From the NCBI GenBank assembly GCA_963718895.1, contig CAVRAG010000008.1, forward strand, positions 1,280,001 through 1,344,000: a stretch of 64,000 nucleotides of DNA. The letters are read 5' to 3'. The notes beneath the pieces are model-generated. The model did no database searches, was not told where the DNA came from, and saw nothing but the letters and a program-made list of their open reading frames with translations. Origin of the DNA: an uncultured Nitrososphaerota archaeon. GTDB taxonomy: Archaea > Thermoproteota > Nitrososphaeria > Nitrososphaerales > Gagatemarchaeaceae. This document shows positions 1-10,596 of the stretch, in pieces. Position 1 is the stretch's first letter; each line of letters starts with the position of its first letter. A program made the position numbers and the translations under genes.

Positions 1-495
1 TGGAAAAGGAAGGCAAGCCTTGCAAAAATGGGGGATAGGAATCCTATGAGAAACCCGGAGAACGCAAGAAAGATGGCGGCGACCAAGAGAGGTAAGCCGA
101 ATCCCAAGCATAGGGAGTATTGGAGGCTTCACCACGACGAACAACTGAGGAAGATGATGGTTGGAGAGCACAAGAAGCCTAACAAGCTCGAGAAGCGATT
201 GATTGAGCTAATTGACGGGAACAACTTGCCTTTCAAATATGTTGGTAACTGGGAGTTCATTCTGGGTGGGAAGTGCCCCGATTTCTTGAGCACTGACGGC
301 AAGAAGTTGTTGATAGAATTGTTTGGAAACTACTGGCATACAATCAAGGCGAGAGAGACCGTTGAGGAACGGGTTGCTCGATTCAGAGAGCATGGTTTTG
401 AGACTCTGGTTCTTTGGGAGAAAGAGATGGATGACGAACGGCTCATAGTGGACAAGATTCGAAGATTCTGCGGCGAGATTCAGGGAGATCCTTAG
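1..495 (+). CDS. DUF559/Vsr-like endonuclease with basic NUMOD3-like N-terminal repeats (homing-endonuclease-like), 5'-truncated by window edge
   Basis: Frame open from base 1; NPMRNPE..KMA repeat-like N-terminus; PDF...IELFGNYWH...GFETLVLWE Vsr/DUF559 motif; visibly lower GC. Confidence 0.7.
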   Translation, partial: WKRKASLAKMGDRNPMRNPENARKMAATKRGKPNPKHREYWRLHHDEQLRKMMVGEHKKPNKLEKRLIELIDGNNLPFKYVGNWEFILGGKCPDFLSTDGKKLLIELFGNYWHTIKARETVEERVARFREHGFETLVLWEKEMDDERLIVDKIRRFCGEIQGDP

Positions 496-592
496 CATAG
501 TTGGCGTTCAAATGCGCGCCAATTGAAGAAGGAAAGTGGCTCTATAACGTTTATACGGGGATTTGGAGCATACCGCTGGTAAGGCAATAAAT

Positions 593-739
593 TTGGTCAG
601 CGCGTACTGCGTGAAATGCAAAGCAAAAAGAGAGATGAAGACCCCGACGAACATCACCATGAAGAACGGGAAGAAGGCTGTTCAGGGGGTCTGTCCGGTC
701 TGCGGGACGAAGCTCTTCCGCATCGGGGGCAAGGTCTAG
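593..739 (+). CDS. DUF5679-family small zinc-ribbon protein (48 aa), not in ORF track
   Basis: Manual translation TTG..TAG: MVSAYCVKCKAKREMKTPTNITMKNGKKAVQGVCPVCGTKLFRIGGKV; TTTATA promoter upstream. Confidence 0.85.
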   Translation: MVSAYCVKCKAKREMKTPTNITMKNGKKAVQGVCPVCGTKLFRIGGKV

Positions 740-742
740 GAC

Positions 743-1921
743 CTACCCCTCTTCTTTTTTCTCGATCCAAACGGACATGCTCGTCTGGTCCGCGGCCTCC
801 CTCCGGACCTCCGAGACCTTCAGGCCGACGAGCCTCACGGGAGCCTTCCTCTCCTGAAACGCCCTGAGGAGCGAGCGCGCCTCCCTCAGGATGGCCTCGC
901 CGTCGTTCGAGTACGTGGGCAGCCTCGCCTCCCTGGTGTGGGTCTCGAACCCCCTGAAGCGCACCTTGATCCCCACCTTCCGGAAGACCATGTGGGCAGA
1001 CCGCACCCTCTCTCCTAGCTCGGAGGCGAGCCCCTCGACGATCCCCTCCACGAGGGCCCAGTCCTGCGAATCCTCCTCCAGGGTCCTCTCCGTGCTGAGC
1101 GACTTCAGCTCGTGCTCCTTCACCGGCTCGTCCTCCAGCCCGTTCGCCACCGCCCAGATCCAGAGCCCCGAGCCGCCCAGGCGCCTCTTCACGTGGTCGG
1201 AGTCGAGCGCCTGAAGGTCTCCCACCTTCGCGACCCCCAGGTCCTTCAGCAGCACCTCCGTCTTGACGCCGACGCCGGGGATGACGCTCACGGGCAGGGG
1301 TGCCAGGAACTCCTTGGTCCTCCCCGGCTCGACGACGGTTATCCCGTCGGGCTTGTGGAGGTCCGTCGCTATCTTGGCCGCCGACTTGCTCCCCGCCAGC
1401 CCGATGGAGCAGGTCAGGCCCGTCTCCTCACGCAGCGTCTCCTTCAACCTGCCCACCCAGGCCTCGGCCTCGGCCAGGGTCGAGACCACTCCTCTGAGAT
1501 CCACGAAGGCCTCGTCGATGCTGACCTGCTCGAAGTCCCTGACGCGGCTCCTGATCAGTTGCATGACCTGGCTGGAGAGCGTCTCGTAGTACTCGAAGTC
1601 GGGGCGGAGATAGACCCCCTGGGGGCAGAGCCTCCACGCCTCGGAGATGGGCATGGCCGAGCGCAGCCCGAACTTCCTCGCCGGGTAGTTGCAGGAGACG
1701 ACGACGCCCCTCCCCTTCCCGTCCTTTGGGTCGGCGCCGATCACGACCGGCGCGTCCCTGAGCGAGGGGTTCCTCCTCGTCTCTGCCGAAGCGTAGAACG
1801 AGTCCATGTCTATGTGCGCGACGAGCCGGACCTGCCCATCTGGTTCCGGGCCTGTTGGGTCAGACTCGGCCGGGAGTGACGGGTACCCGTGTGGCGCGGC
1901 CGCGGCGGTCATGGACGACAC
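743..1921 (-). CDS. dinB: Y-family DNA polymerase IV (DinB/Dpo4)
   Basis: HIDMDSFYASAE, SCNYPARKFG, SIDEAF, KPDG motifs; true start may be slightly downstream. Confidence 0.95.
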   Translation of the reverse strand: MSSMTAAAAPHGYPSLPAESDPTGPEPDGQVRLVAHIDMDSFYASAETRRNPSLRDAPVVIGADPKDGKGRGVVVSCNYPARKFGLRSAMPISEAWRLCPQGVYLRPDFEYYETLSSQVMQLIRSRVRDFEQVSIDEAFVDLRGVVSTLAEAEAWVGRLKETLREETGLTCSIGLAGSKSAAKIATDLHKPDGITVVEPGRTKEFLAPLPVSVIPGVGVKTEVLLKDLGVAKVGDLQALDSDHVKRRLGGSGLWIWAVANGLEDEPVKEHELKSLSTERTLEEDSQDWALVEGIVEGLASELGERVRSAHMVFRKVGIKVRFRGFETHTREARLPTYSNDGEAILREARSLLRAFQERKAPVRLVGLKVSEVRREAADQTSMSVWIEKKEEG

Positions 1922-1936
1922 TAGACTGCGGCGGGG

Positions 1937-3574
1937 CTAGTTAAGCCCGTGGCGCTTTACCTTCTCGAGGTCCATGCCCCGGTTCTTGCATATGCCCTCG
2001 ATGAAGTGCAGCAGCCCCCAGCCCCCCAGGTTGAGGGTCGCGGACATGGCGGCGCGCCGGACCGCGTCTCCTTTGCTGTCGCGCGTGCCGTCCCTCCTGA
2101 TCATCTTCGCGAGGTGCCTGTAGCAGGCGTAGTAGACCGCAAGCTGCGACTCGTCCAGCATGCGCGAGCTGTACGACTTGGACTTTATCAGCCCCAGGGC
2201 CACGTTCTGCATCGGCGTCGCCGTGAACTCGGTCGGACGGCCGGACGCGAACTCCATCTCGCTCATGCGGTTCACCATCGCGACCGTCTCCCAGTTGTCC
2301 TCCGGGGACTCGTCCGTCTGCCCTACCTGCGCCGTGAAGGCCGGCCTCCAGTAGGCCCGGTTCATCGACCTCAGCCCCTCGCCGACTATCCGCTGCCACG
2401 TCCCGTCTGGGCCGATCCTGAGCGGGAGGGTCTTGTTGGGCATGTGCTCCAGCGCGAGCCTGTCGCTCCCGGTCTCCAGCCCCACCTGGACGCCTATCCA
2501 CTTGTCCGGCCCCGCGCGCACGACCGAGGATATCTGCGCGACGAGATCGGGGTAGCCAGCAGGTATCGATATCCTCCCGTGGGTCGGGTTCACGTAGTTG
2601 ATGCCCCTGACGCTCATCGCGGCTCCGAACAGCTCCACTATCGCGTCGGCGTTCGGTTCGAAGTGGGGGCCGTGCTGGTAGGCGAATATCTCGTCGCTGT
2701 GCAGCCACGCCTGCGTCTTGCCGTGCCTGGCGTTGACCCCCACCTCCTCCTTGACCATCTCGGGCGTGTAGTAGCGGATGGGCCTGAGGGTCACCTCGCA
2801 GAAGTCGCAGCCTATCCCGCACCCGCGCATCACCTCGGTCAGCCCCTTCACGGTGGGCCCCTGTATCAGAGGTATGTCGCCGAGCGTGGGGAACTGTTTG
2901 CCGGTCCTGACCCTCGTTATGAATCGGTCGCGGGCGACCCAGGTCTTGTGGAAGTCGGTGTCGAAGAACTGGTATCCCTGGAAGTATCCTCCGTCGTAGA
3001 TGGTGCCGCTCGAGACGTCCTCCAGGACCTCGTTGATGATGTCGTCGGCCTCACCCTGGAAGGCGTAGTCGATCCCCAGTTCGTCCAGCACCTCGGGCAT
3101 CATCGTCAGCTCCCACACGCCAGGTCCCCCGACGACCAGCTTCGCCTTCTTCCCCTTCCTCGCCGCGCTGAGCCTCCCTATGAGACGCTCGAACTCGACG
3201 CGCACCCAGGCCTTTGTCCGGCCGCCGAATAGGAGCGAGAAGGACATCGTGAGCGGGGCGAGTCCCAGCGGGTCCATGGTATACACGCCGATTATCTCCG
3301 TGTCGTCCTTGATGAAGGAGGCAGCGAAGTCCTCGTGGGCGACGACGACATCTTCCCTCTTGTTCCGGGCCAAGAGCGCCGACTCGAGCTTCCTCAGGGC
3401 GTAGGGCGCGAGCACGGCCCTGCCGTTGTAGTCAGGGGTCCGCCTTCCCTTGAGGAAGGCGTACAGAGGCCCAGGAACGATCTTGGTGGGAGCGCTGGGG
3501 AGGAAGTCCATGAGCGGGACGTTGTTGTACTCGCGGGACAGACTCGGGTCTGCGACGAAGACGTACTTCGCCAT
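1937..3574 (-). CDS. Radical SAM protein with B12-binding-like N-terminal domain
   Basis: EVMRGCGIGCDFC (CxxxCxxC); VVGGPG; GLETGS. Confidence 0.85.
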   Translation of the reverse strand: MAKYVFVADPSLSREYNNVPLMDFLPSAPTKIVPGPLYAFLKGRRTPDYNGRAVLAPYALRKLESALLARNKREDVVVAHEDFAASFIKDDTEIIGVYTMDPLGLAPLTMSFSLLFGGRTKAWVRVEFERLIGRLSAARKGKKAKLVVGGPGVWELTMMPEVLDELGIDYAFQGEADDIINEVLEDVSSGTIYDGGYFQGYQFFDTDFHKTWVARDRFITRVRTGKQFPTLGDIPLIQGPTVKGLTEVMRGCGIGCDFCEVTLRPIRYYTPEMVKEEVGVNARHGKTQAWLHSDEIFAYQHGPHFEPNADAIVELFGAAMSVRGINYVNPTHGRISIPAGYPDLVAQISSVVRAGPDKWIGVQVGLETGSDRLALEHMPNKTLPLRIGPDGTWQRIVGEGLRSMNRAYWRPAFTAQVGQTDESPEDNWETVAMVNRMSEMEFASGRPTEFTATPMQNVALGLIKSKSYSSRMLDESQLAVYYACYRHLAKMIRRDGTRDSKGDAVRRAAMSATLNLGGWGLLHFIEGICKNRGMDLEKVKRHGLN

Positions 3575-3780
3575 CTAGCGGACTTCCTCGCCGGAGAACG
3601 GTCTAGGAAGCGACATCGCTAGGAGGGCTGCCACCACACCCACGGCTCATTCGGCGACATACGCTTCGAAATAATAATCTTTTCGAACTTTGTACTGTTG
3701 CGACCTCGGGTGAGCGGTCTGTCCGGTCGTGTACGCCTGGTCGGTCTAATCCCCTGCGAGAGTGAGCAGAACCGAGCTTT

Positions 3781-6612
3781 CTACTCGAGATAGAAGGCCG
3801 GCTTGAACGGCAGGGCCCCGTTCGCCTTCTTCCCCGGGTCGTGGATGCCCGCCTCACCTGCCTTGAAGACCCGGACCTCGAGCCCCAGCTCGCTCGAGAT
3901 GAACCCGGAGGCCCTGCTCAGGATCTCGAACTCGTCGAAACCCTCCAGGGCCGCCAGCCTCTCGACCAGCTCCTCTCCGAGCTCGTACTGGAGCTTGATG
4001 ACCCTCTCGGGCTTGATGCCTGTAGCGGCGTGTTTCCTTATCACGGAGCCGCGGTCGCCGTGCTCCTTCTGCGCCCTGCGGAGGTCCAGGAAGTACTCCC
4101 TGGCCTCGTCTGAGGTCACGTACAGGGTCAGGCTCTTCTTGCTCTCCCTGATTATCTTCAGGAGGTTCCTGGCGTCCTCCAGGACGCCGTTCACCAGCAT
4201 CTCGGCCGTCTCGGCCGCGGCGTCCTCCGGGAACTCGATCGTCGAGGGCCAGTCAGCCATGGTTATCAGGCCCTTGCCGCCGATCCTCTGGTTCAGCTCC
4301 TCGGCAGCGAACGGGATGAAGGGCGAGAGGAGCCTTATCCACGTCTCGGAGACCAGCTCCAGCGTCTGTCGGCGCGGCCTCTCCTCCCGTCTCAGGTACC
4401 ACCTGATGTCGTTCCAGACGTCGAGGAGGGCGACCGAGAGGGCCTTCCTTATCTTCATCGTCTCGACCGACGCCGTGACGGTCTCTATCCTGTGGCGCAT
4501 CACCGAGGTCAGCCACCGGTCGAGGTGGTCCGGATCCCGCTGCTCGGTGTCCCTGAGGGACTTCTCGATGAAGGGGAAGAGCGAGTCTATCTTGAACTTA
4601 AGGTCCTCGGCGTTCTTGGCCTTCCAGTCGGCGTCATCCATCCCGTCGGCGGCCAGCGCGAGCGTCGCCCTGAGCGCGTCGGCGCCGTACTGCTCGAGCG
4701 CCTGCCGCCAGGTGACGAAGACGGACCTCGACTTTGACATCTTCTGGCCCTCGATCTCTATCATCCCGTTGACGCTGAACCCGACCGGCCAGAGCCTCTC
4801 CTCGAAGAGGGCCACGTGGTGGAACGCGTAGAACGTGAGGTGGTTCGGTATCAGCTCCTTGGCCGAGTTCCGGAGGTCGACCGGGTACCAGTACAGGAAC
4901 TCGTTCCGCATGTTGTTCAGCATCTTGGGGTCTATCCCCGAGAGCTTCGCCACGTGCGCCTCCGAACCCTTCCCCATGAACAGATAGTCGAAGACCTCGG
5001 GCACGAGCTGCTCGAACTTCACCTTCTCGGCGTTCACCAGCTGGTTGATGGTGTAGAACGCCATGTAGATCGTCGAGTCGGAGAGCGTCTCGACTATCCA
5101 CTCCTTGTCCCACGGCAGCTTCGTCCCCATCCCCGACCTCCGCGCGCAGGGCCAGTTTCGCAGCCAGTCTATGGTGGAGAAGTACCACTCGAGCGACTGG
5201 TCCGGATAGACGTTGGCCTTCCTGATGAGCGACTTCGTCCTCTCCTTCCACGCCGGGTCGGAGTAGTTCAGGAACCACTGGTTCTCGAGTATCTTCACGT
5301 AGCAGCGCGTGCCGCACTTGCAGACCACTCTCTGGGGGAGCTCCTGCATCACGGCAGGCGACCCGTCGGACTTCATCGCCTCTACGACCCTGGGCTTGGC
5401 CTCGCTCACCTTCAGCCCGCGGTAACCCTCGCAGTTCTCCTTCATGACTCCCTTGTGGAACTCCGCCTTGTAGAGCTCGGCCGTCGCATCCTCGAGCTTC
5501 GGGTCGTTAGAGTCCCTGATCTCCCGCTTCTTCACCTCATCCCGGGCTGGGACGTCCGAGTACCCCTGAATCGCGATGATCGATATCGGGCTGAGCTTCT
5601 GTGCGGCCTCCCGGACCTCCGGCGCCGCGGCCGTCCTGCCCTCCTGTACGTCTAGCAGGCCGATGTAGTCGTAGGGCGCATGCGCCGGAACGCTGTAGAC
5701 GACGCCGGTCACCAGGTCCGTGTCCACGAAGGTCGCCGGGAGGATGGGCAGCGACGCCCCGGTCACCGGCGCGACCACCGTCGCGCCCATCAGGTCGGAA
5801 CCCTTGAACTCCCTCTCGACCTTCACCCTGTGAAGCTGTTCGGCGAGCCTGTTTGCCGCCGACGAGCTTATGATCCAGGTCTCGCCGTCGACCTCGGCCT
5901 CGCAGTAGGTCCCGTCGGGACGCAGCCAGACGTTGGTTGCTCCGAATATCGTCTCGGGCCTGAGCGTCCCGGCCACCAGCCACTTCTCCCCCATCCTGAA
6001 CTTGACCAGGTTGAACTCCTCCGGTGAGACGCCCTCCCCCTCCATCCTGTCGTGGTCGCCGGTGGGGCTCTCGTCGTGCTTGCACCAAACGACCGGGTGC
6101 GTTCCCTGGACGACGTACCCGAGCTCGCGGAGCCGCAGGTACTGCCACTCGATGAACTTCTTGAAGGCCGGGTCCACCGTCCTGAACTCCCTCCGCCAGT
6201 CGATGGAGAACCCGGTCGCCTTTACCGCCTCCCTCGAGACCCTGGTGTAGTATGACGCAAGGTACTCGGGGTCCACGAAGCGGTCCACCTCCTCCTTCGG
6301 TACCCCGTCTATCTCGGTGAACGCCCTTCTCACGGACTCGTCGCCCTGGGAGAGCCGGTAGCTCATACCCGGGATGCTCTCACCCGTCCAGTGCCACGCC
6401 CACGGGAAGAGGACGTTGTAACCCTGCATCCTCTTGAAGCGGGCGTAGATGTCGACCCTCGTAGCGGTGAAGCAGTGCCCGATGTGCAGGGGCCCGTTCA
6501 TGTACGGGAACGGGAAGGTGACGAACGACTTCTTCTTGCCGAAGAGAGGTTCGGACTCGAAGACCCTCTTCTCATTCCAGACGTTGAGCCAGTGTTTCTC
6601 GTAGGTCGCCAA
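3781..6612 (-). CDS. leuS: Leucine--tRNA ligase (archaeal type)
   Basis: PYMNGPLHIGH (HIGH), TLRPET editing domain, KMSKS. Confidence 0.97.
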   Translation of the reverse strand: MATYEKHWLNVWNEKRVFESEPLFGKKKSFVTFPFPYMNGPLHIGHCFTATRVDIYARFKRMQGYNVLFPWAWHWTGESIPGMSYRLSQGDESVRRAFTEIDGVPKEEVDRFVDPEYLASYYTRVSREAVKATGFSIDWRREFRTVDPAFKKFIEWQYLRLRELGYVVQGTHPVVWCKHDESPTGDHDRMEGEGVSPEEFNLVKFRMGEKWLVAGTLRPETIFGATNVWLRPDGTYCEAEVDGETWIISSSAANRLAEQLHRVKVEREFKGSDLMGATVVAPVTGASLPILPATFVDTDLVTGVVYSVPAHAPYDYIGLLDVQEGRTAAAPEVREAAQKLSPISIIAIQGYSDVPARDEVKKREIRDSNDPKLEDATAELYKAEFHKGVMKENCEGYRGLKVSEAKPRVVEAMKSDGSPAVMQELPQRVVCKCGTRCYVKILENQWFLNYSDPAWKERTKSLIRKANVYPDQSLEWYFSTIDWLRNWPCARRSGMGTKLPWDKEWIVETLSDSTIYMAFYTINQLVNAEKVKFEQLVPEVFDYLFMGKGSEAHVAKLSGIDPKMLNNMRNEFLYWYPVDLRNSAKELIPNHLTFYAFHHVALFEERLWPVGFSVNGMIEIEGQKMSKSRSVFVTWRQALEQYGADALRATLALAADGMDDADWKAKNAEDLKFKIDSLFPFIEKSLRDTEQRDPDHLDRWLTSVMRHRIETVTASVETMKIRKALSVALLDVWNDIRWYLRREERPRRQTLELVSETWIRLLSPFIPFAAEELNQRIGGKGLITMADWPSTIEFPEDAAAETAEMLVNGVLEDARNLLKIIRESKKSLTLYVTSDEAREYFLDLRRAQKEHGDRGSVIRKHAATGIKPERVIKLQYELGEELVERLAALEGFDEFEILSRASGFISSELGLEVRVFKAGEAGIHDPGKKANGALPFKPAFYLE

Positions 6613-6618
6613 GAGGTG

Positions 6619-9351
6619 CTAGCTCCCGATGAGTCCAGAGACCAGGTCGTAGACCGCCTCGGAGGCCTCTCCAATCCTCTCGACCCTCGGACCCCCGCCC
6701 TGGGCGAACTCCTTCGTACCCCCTCCGGAGCCCCCCAGCACCTTGGCGAGGCCCCTGACCACCGAGTCGGCGCCGACGCCTAGGCCCACGGCCGATTTGC
6801 CCACGAAACAGATGATCCTCGCGCTGCTGCCGCGAGGCGACAGACTAACGTAGACGAGAGAGGGGTCCGCCGTTACGCACTTCTGTCCCTGGCTAACAAT
6901 CAGTTCTTCGGTCAGCTCCTGCTCGTCGGCGAAATAAACCTTTACGCCCTTGACCGGTCGCGCCGCTGAAAGCAGGCCGGGGATCGAGGCGGCGACGAGC
7001 TTCTCGCCGAGGCTCTTCTCCCGGCGCGAGGTCTCGTCGAGCTTCTGCTGGAGCTCCCCGAGGACCTTGACCACGTTCTCCCTCTGGGTGTTCAGGGCCG
7101 CCGAGGCTTTCCCTATGGTCGAGTCCATCTCCTGCACGTACTCCACCGCGGGGTACCCGGCGACGAAGTGCAGCCTCTCGACCCCGTCCTGAATCCTCTC
7201 CGTCCTGACTATCTTGATGAAGCCGACCTCGCCCGTGGTCCTGACGTGGGTGCCGCCGCAGGCCTGGACGTCCCAGTCGGCGATGTTCACGATCCTGAGA
7301 GACCTCGAAGGGACGACGCCTCCCTGGAATATCCTGAATCCGAACTTCTCCTCCGCCACCTTTCTCGGGAAGTTGGTGATCGTCACCGGCCAGTTCTTCA
7401 TGACGACGTCGTTCGCGACGTCTTCGATCTTGTGTATCTCCTCCTCGCCGAGGTGTGCGAAGTGCGTAATGTCCAGACGCCCGTAGTCGGCCTCCTTGAA
7501 CGCCGAGTGCTGCCAGACCCAGGGGCCGAGGACCTGGCGCGAGGCCCCGTTCAGTATGTGGGTCGCGGTATGAATGCGCTTGATCCTCTGCCTCCGGACC
7601 GAGTCCACGGCGCCGTGCACCTTGGAACCGACCTTCGGGAGCTCCCCTTCGAGCTTGTGGAGGACGATGGGCCCGTACTTCGTCACGTCGGGGACCTTCT
7701 TCCTGTCTATGGTCCCGTGGTCCGGCTCCTGTCCGCCCCCTCGAGGATAGAAGGCGGTCCTGTCGAGGACCACGAGCCCGCCATCGAAGACCTTCAGGAC
7801 CTCCGCATCGAACTCGATGAGGTCGACGTCCTCGTAGTAGAGCAGCCTCGTGTCCGGCAGGCCGGTTATGTCATACCTCGCTCCCTTCTCCTCAATCTTC
7901 TGCGCTTCGTGTTTGGAGACCACCCGCTGGTAGAAGTCCTCTGGGACCGAGACCTTCGCCCCGGCCGTCACCAGCTGCTCCGGAGTGACCCCGTCCGACT
8001 CGTAGAGTTTGACCACCTCTTCAAGGGTAACTTCCTTCTTGGATGCTGCGATGGAGGCGACGACCTTCGATACCCTCTCGACGGACGAGGCGTACCTCGA
8101 CCGCTCGACGGTGAGCACCTTCGAGACGTCGTCGCGGTGCTGGGCCAGCTCCGGGTACATGCCAGAGAGCGCGTCTATGTGCCAGCCGACGACATCGAGG
8201 ATGTCGAGCTTGAGCTTGTACTGCTGGATGAACGACTGGGCGCGCCTGTAGACAACCCTCAGGTTGTAGCCGCCCCCTACGTTGCTCGGCAGCTGCCCGT
8301 CGGCGATGGCGAACAGGAGGGTCCTTGCGTGGTCGGCGACGGAGTACAGCGCCTGCATCGGGCCGATCTGCTCTGCCAGTGCCGAGGACGAGACGCCGAG
8401 GGTCTTAGCTATCTCGCTCCTCGCCTCGGAGAGGTTCGGGTACTCGTCGAGGTTCATTGATCCGGCGATACGAGAGTAACGGAGGAAGAGGTTCTTGTCG
8501 TAATCGAGCTTGACCTCCTCGTTCATCCTGCTCAAGACGGAGGCGAACGTCACGTCGTAAGACGTCGGTGTGCCTTGGGTTATCCAGGCCAACCTCTCTA
8601 GACCGGCGCCCATGTCGATGACTGGCTCTTTCATCTCGGTATAGTGCGAGACGTCGCCTTCGAACGCCGTGAATACCGCGTTCCCGAGCTCAAGACCACG
8701 GGCGAAATAGTCGAGACAGTATCCGAACGCCCCGTAGCCCATCCACGTGCCCTCGATGAAGGAAAGCTCTTCCTCGGGGATCCCGAGCTGCTTGGTCACG
8801 AGGTCAAAGTCGAGGTCTATGCACTTGTCTTTCCAGTAACCCTCGTTGTTCGCAAGAGCCGTCTGGCCCACCATGCAGAACGATGAGTTGTGTTTTCCGT
8901 TCAGACCCACTGTTGGAAGGTCGTTGAATCGCAGGCACATCTGGGGAACGACCAAAGGGTTCGCCGGGAGTTCGAAGATTACCTTGCCGCCCTCTATTCT
9001 CTGAAAGTCAATTATGGAGGCCACCGTGAAGTACAGGTCCGGCCTCCATCGCGCCACCACGGGGTATCGCGGGATAATGGTGTGACCGTTGCTGCGGAAG
9101 AACTCCTCGATGACCTTCCAGGTTCCTGCGTAGTCGAGCCTCTTCCTAGTGGGAGGGTCCCCGATGAACGAGTAGACTGAGCACGGCGGGTCGTCGCAGA
9201 CCGTCCGCTCGGACTTGAGCGTCCAGAAGTGCTTCCCACACATCACACACTGCTTCCGGACGAACCCTTTGCGCTTGAAGAGGTCGACGAGGTAGTACTT
9301 CTCGTAGTCCTTCGAGAACTTCTCCTGGAGCAGGGCCTTTGCGTTCGCCAT
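6619..9351 (-). CDS. alaS: Alanine--tRNA ligase
   Basis: YPVVARWRPDLYFTVASI, HTATH editing motif, CGGTHV, C-terminal GGSGGG..FAQGGG. Confidence 0.97.
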   Translation of the reverse strand: MANAKALLQEKFSKDYEKYYLVDLFKRKGFVRKQCVMCGKHFWTLKSERTVCDDPPCSVYSFIGDPPTRKRLDYAGTWKVIEEFFRSNGHTIIPRYPVVARWRPDLYFTVASIIDFQRIEGGKVIFELPANPLVVPQMCLRFNDLPTVGLNGKHNSSFCMVGQTALANNEGYWKDKCIDLDFDLVTKQLGIPEEELSFIEGTWMGYGAFGYCLDYFARGLELGNAVFTAFEGDVSHYTEMKEPVIDMGAGLERLAWITQGTPTSYDVTFASVLSRMNEEVKLDYDKNLFLRYSRIAGSMNLDEYPNLSEARSEIAKTLGVSSSALAEQIGPMQALYSVADHARTLLFAIADGQLPSNVGGGYNLRVVYRRAQSFIQQYKLKLDILDVVGWHIDALSGMYPELAQHRDDVSKVLTVERSRYASSVERVSKVVASIAASKKEVTLEEVVKLYESDGVTPEQLVTAGAKVSVPEDFYQRVVSKHEAQKIEEKGARYDITGLPDTRLLYYEDVDLIEFDAEVLKVFDGGLVVLDRTAFYPRGGGQEPDHGTIDRKKVPDVTKYGPIVLHKLEGELPKVGSKVHGAVDSVRRQRIKRIHTATHILNGASRQVLGPWVWQHSAFKEADYGRLDITHFAHLGEEEIHKIEDVANDVVMKNWPVTITNFPRKVAEEKFGFRIFQGGVVPSRSLRIVNIADWDVQACGGTHVRTTGEVGFIKIVRTERIQDGVERLHFVAGYPAVEYVQEMDSTIGKASAALNTQRENVVKVLGELQQKLDETSRREKSLGEKLVAASIPGLLSAARPVKGVKVYFADEQELTEELIVSQGQKCVTADPSLVYVSLSPRGSSARIICFVGKSAVGLGVGADSVVRGLAKVLGGSGGGTKEFAQGGGPRVERIGEASEAVYDLVSGLIGS

Positions 9352-9493
9352 CGGAGCGTCTTGACGCTTCACCCTCTCGAATCGGTAAATAAAGTAAGAG
9401 ATGGGACGACCTAGTGAAAGGTCTGGGGGCCGGCACCTCGCCGGTCGATTCTCGAAAACTATAAATGCGGTTCAAGATTGCCGAGTTTGCAAT

Positions 9494-9802
9494 ATGACTG
9501 ACTCTTACATGTACGCCGCTCTTTTGCTTCACAAGGCCGGCAAACCAGTCAACGAGGATAATCTCACTGGCGTTGTCAAGGCAGCGGGAGTAGAGGTCGA
9601 CCAGGTCAAGGTAAAGGCGCTCGCATCGGCTCTGAGCGAAATCAACATCGACGAGGCTCTGAAGAACGCTTCCGTCATGGCGGTTGCGGCCCCGGCCGCA
9701 GCGGCACCAGCAGCCGGCGCAGCGAAGGCAGAGGAGAAGCCCAAGGAAGAAGAGAAGAAGGAAGAGGAAGCCCTCGCAGGGCTTGCGTCGCTCTTCGGCT
9801 AG
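9494..9802 (+). CDS. rpl12: 50S ribosomal protein L12 (P1/P2 stalk)
   Basis: YMYAALLLH, Ala-rich hinge, acidic tail [13 protein letters not shown]. Confidence 0.95.
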   Translation: MTDSYMYAALLLHKAGKPVNEDNLTGVVKAAGVEVDQVKVKALASALSEINIDEALKNASVMAVAAPAAAAPAAGAAKAEEKPKEEEKKEEEALAGLASLFG

Positions 9803-9948
9803 GCTCAAAACGGCGTCTCACTTCGGCAAGGCCCTCAACCCAGAGGACTTACTGTCCTGCGTCCGAGGCTGAGGCGGCCCGTCCTGGGGCGCATCCACTA
9901 GGTGGCGGAGATTAAATATCACCCGCTCCAGTAACTCCAGCGAATGAA

Positions 9949-10485
9949 TTGAAGATCTGGGAGTGTTACCGGTGCTCGTACTCGTTCGAGGGCGAGAATC
10001 CACCGGAAGAGTGCCCCAACTGCCATTACTCGGTCACGTTCTGGCTCAGTCACGACGAGAGGGAGCTGACCCTGAAGGACTTTGTCAGGACGAGGGTGCT
10101 GAAGCTGGACTCCGACCAATCTGTGTGGGACGCGGCAAAGCTGATGAGGGAGAACGACACCGAGAACGTCCTGGTCACGGTCAACGGGGAGCCCGTTGGA
10201 ATGATGACCGAGAAGGACATAGTCTACAAGGTCGCCGCCGAGGATCTTCCCGCCTCGAAGATCCTCCTTAGGAAGGTCATGTCTTCGCCGCTTGTGCTCG
10301 CGCCCTCAGACACTCCGATAACCGAAGCGCTGAAGATGATGGCAGAGCGGCACATAAGGCGACTCATCGTGACCGAGGGAGGCAGGCCGATAGGCATCGT
10401 GAGCCACAGATCCATCGTAGGCGGTAGCTTCAGGCTCAAAGACCAATCCTCTTCGGCTCCGAAGAGAACTCCGGAGACATCCTAG
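9949..10485 (+). CDS. Rubredoxin-like zinc ribbon fused to CBS pair
   Basis: WECYRC..PPEECPNC followed by two CBS repeats. Confidence 0.8.
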   Translation: MKIWECYRCSYSFEGENPPEECPNCHYSVTFWLSHDERELTLKDFVRTRVLKLDSDQSVWDAAKLMRENDTENVLVTVNGEPVGMMTEKDIVYKVAAEDLPASKILLRKVMSSPLVLAPSDTPITEALKMMAERHIRRLIVTEGGRPIGIVSHRSIVGGSFRLKDQSSSAPKRTPETS

Positions 10486-10596
10486 GTACCGGAGAACCGG
10501 GCCTCTGGCTAGAAGGCTCGCGCAGTCAGTGAGGAGTAGCTCCGCGAAAGGAGGGTATCCTCGTCTAGGGTGCGGTGCTTCAGTCGCTGGAGGATG

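Noticed and set aside
3665-3687. TTCGAA-N11-TTCGAA upstream of the radical SAM gene
   Set aside because: Short half-sites flanking an AT-rich promoter; too weak to call an operator without comparative data.
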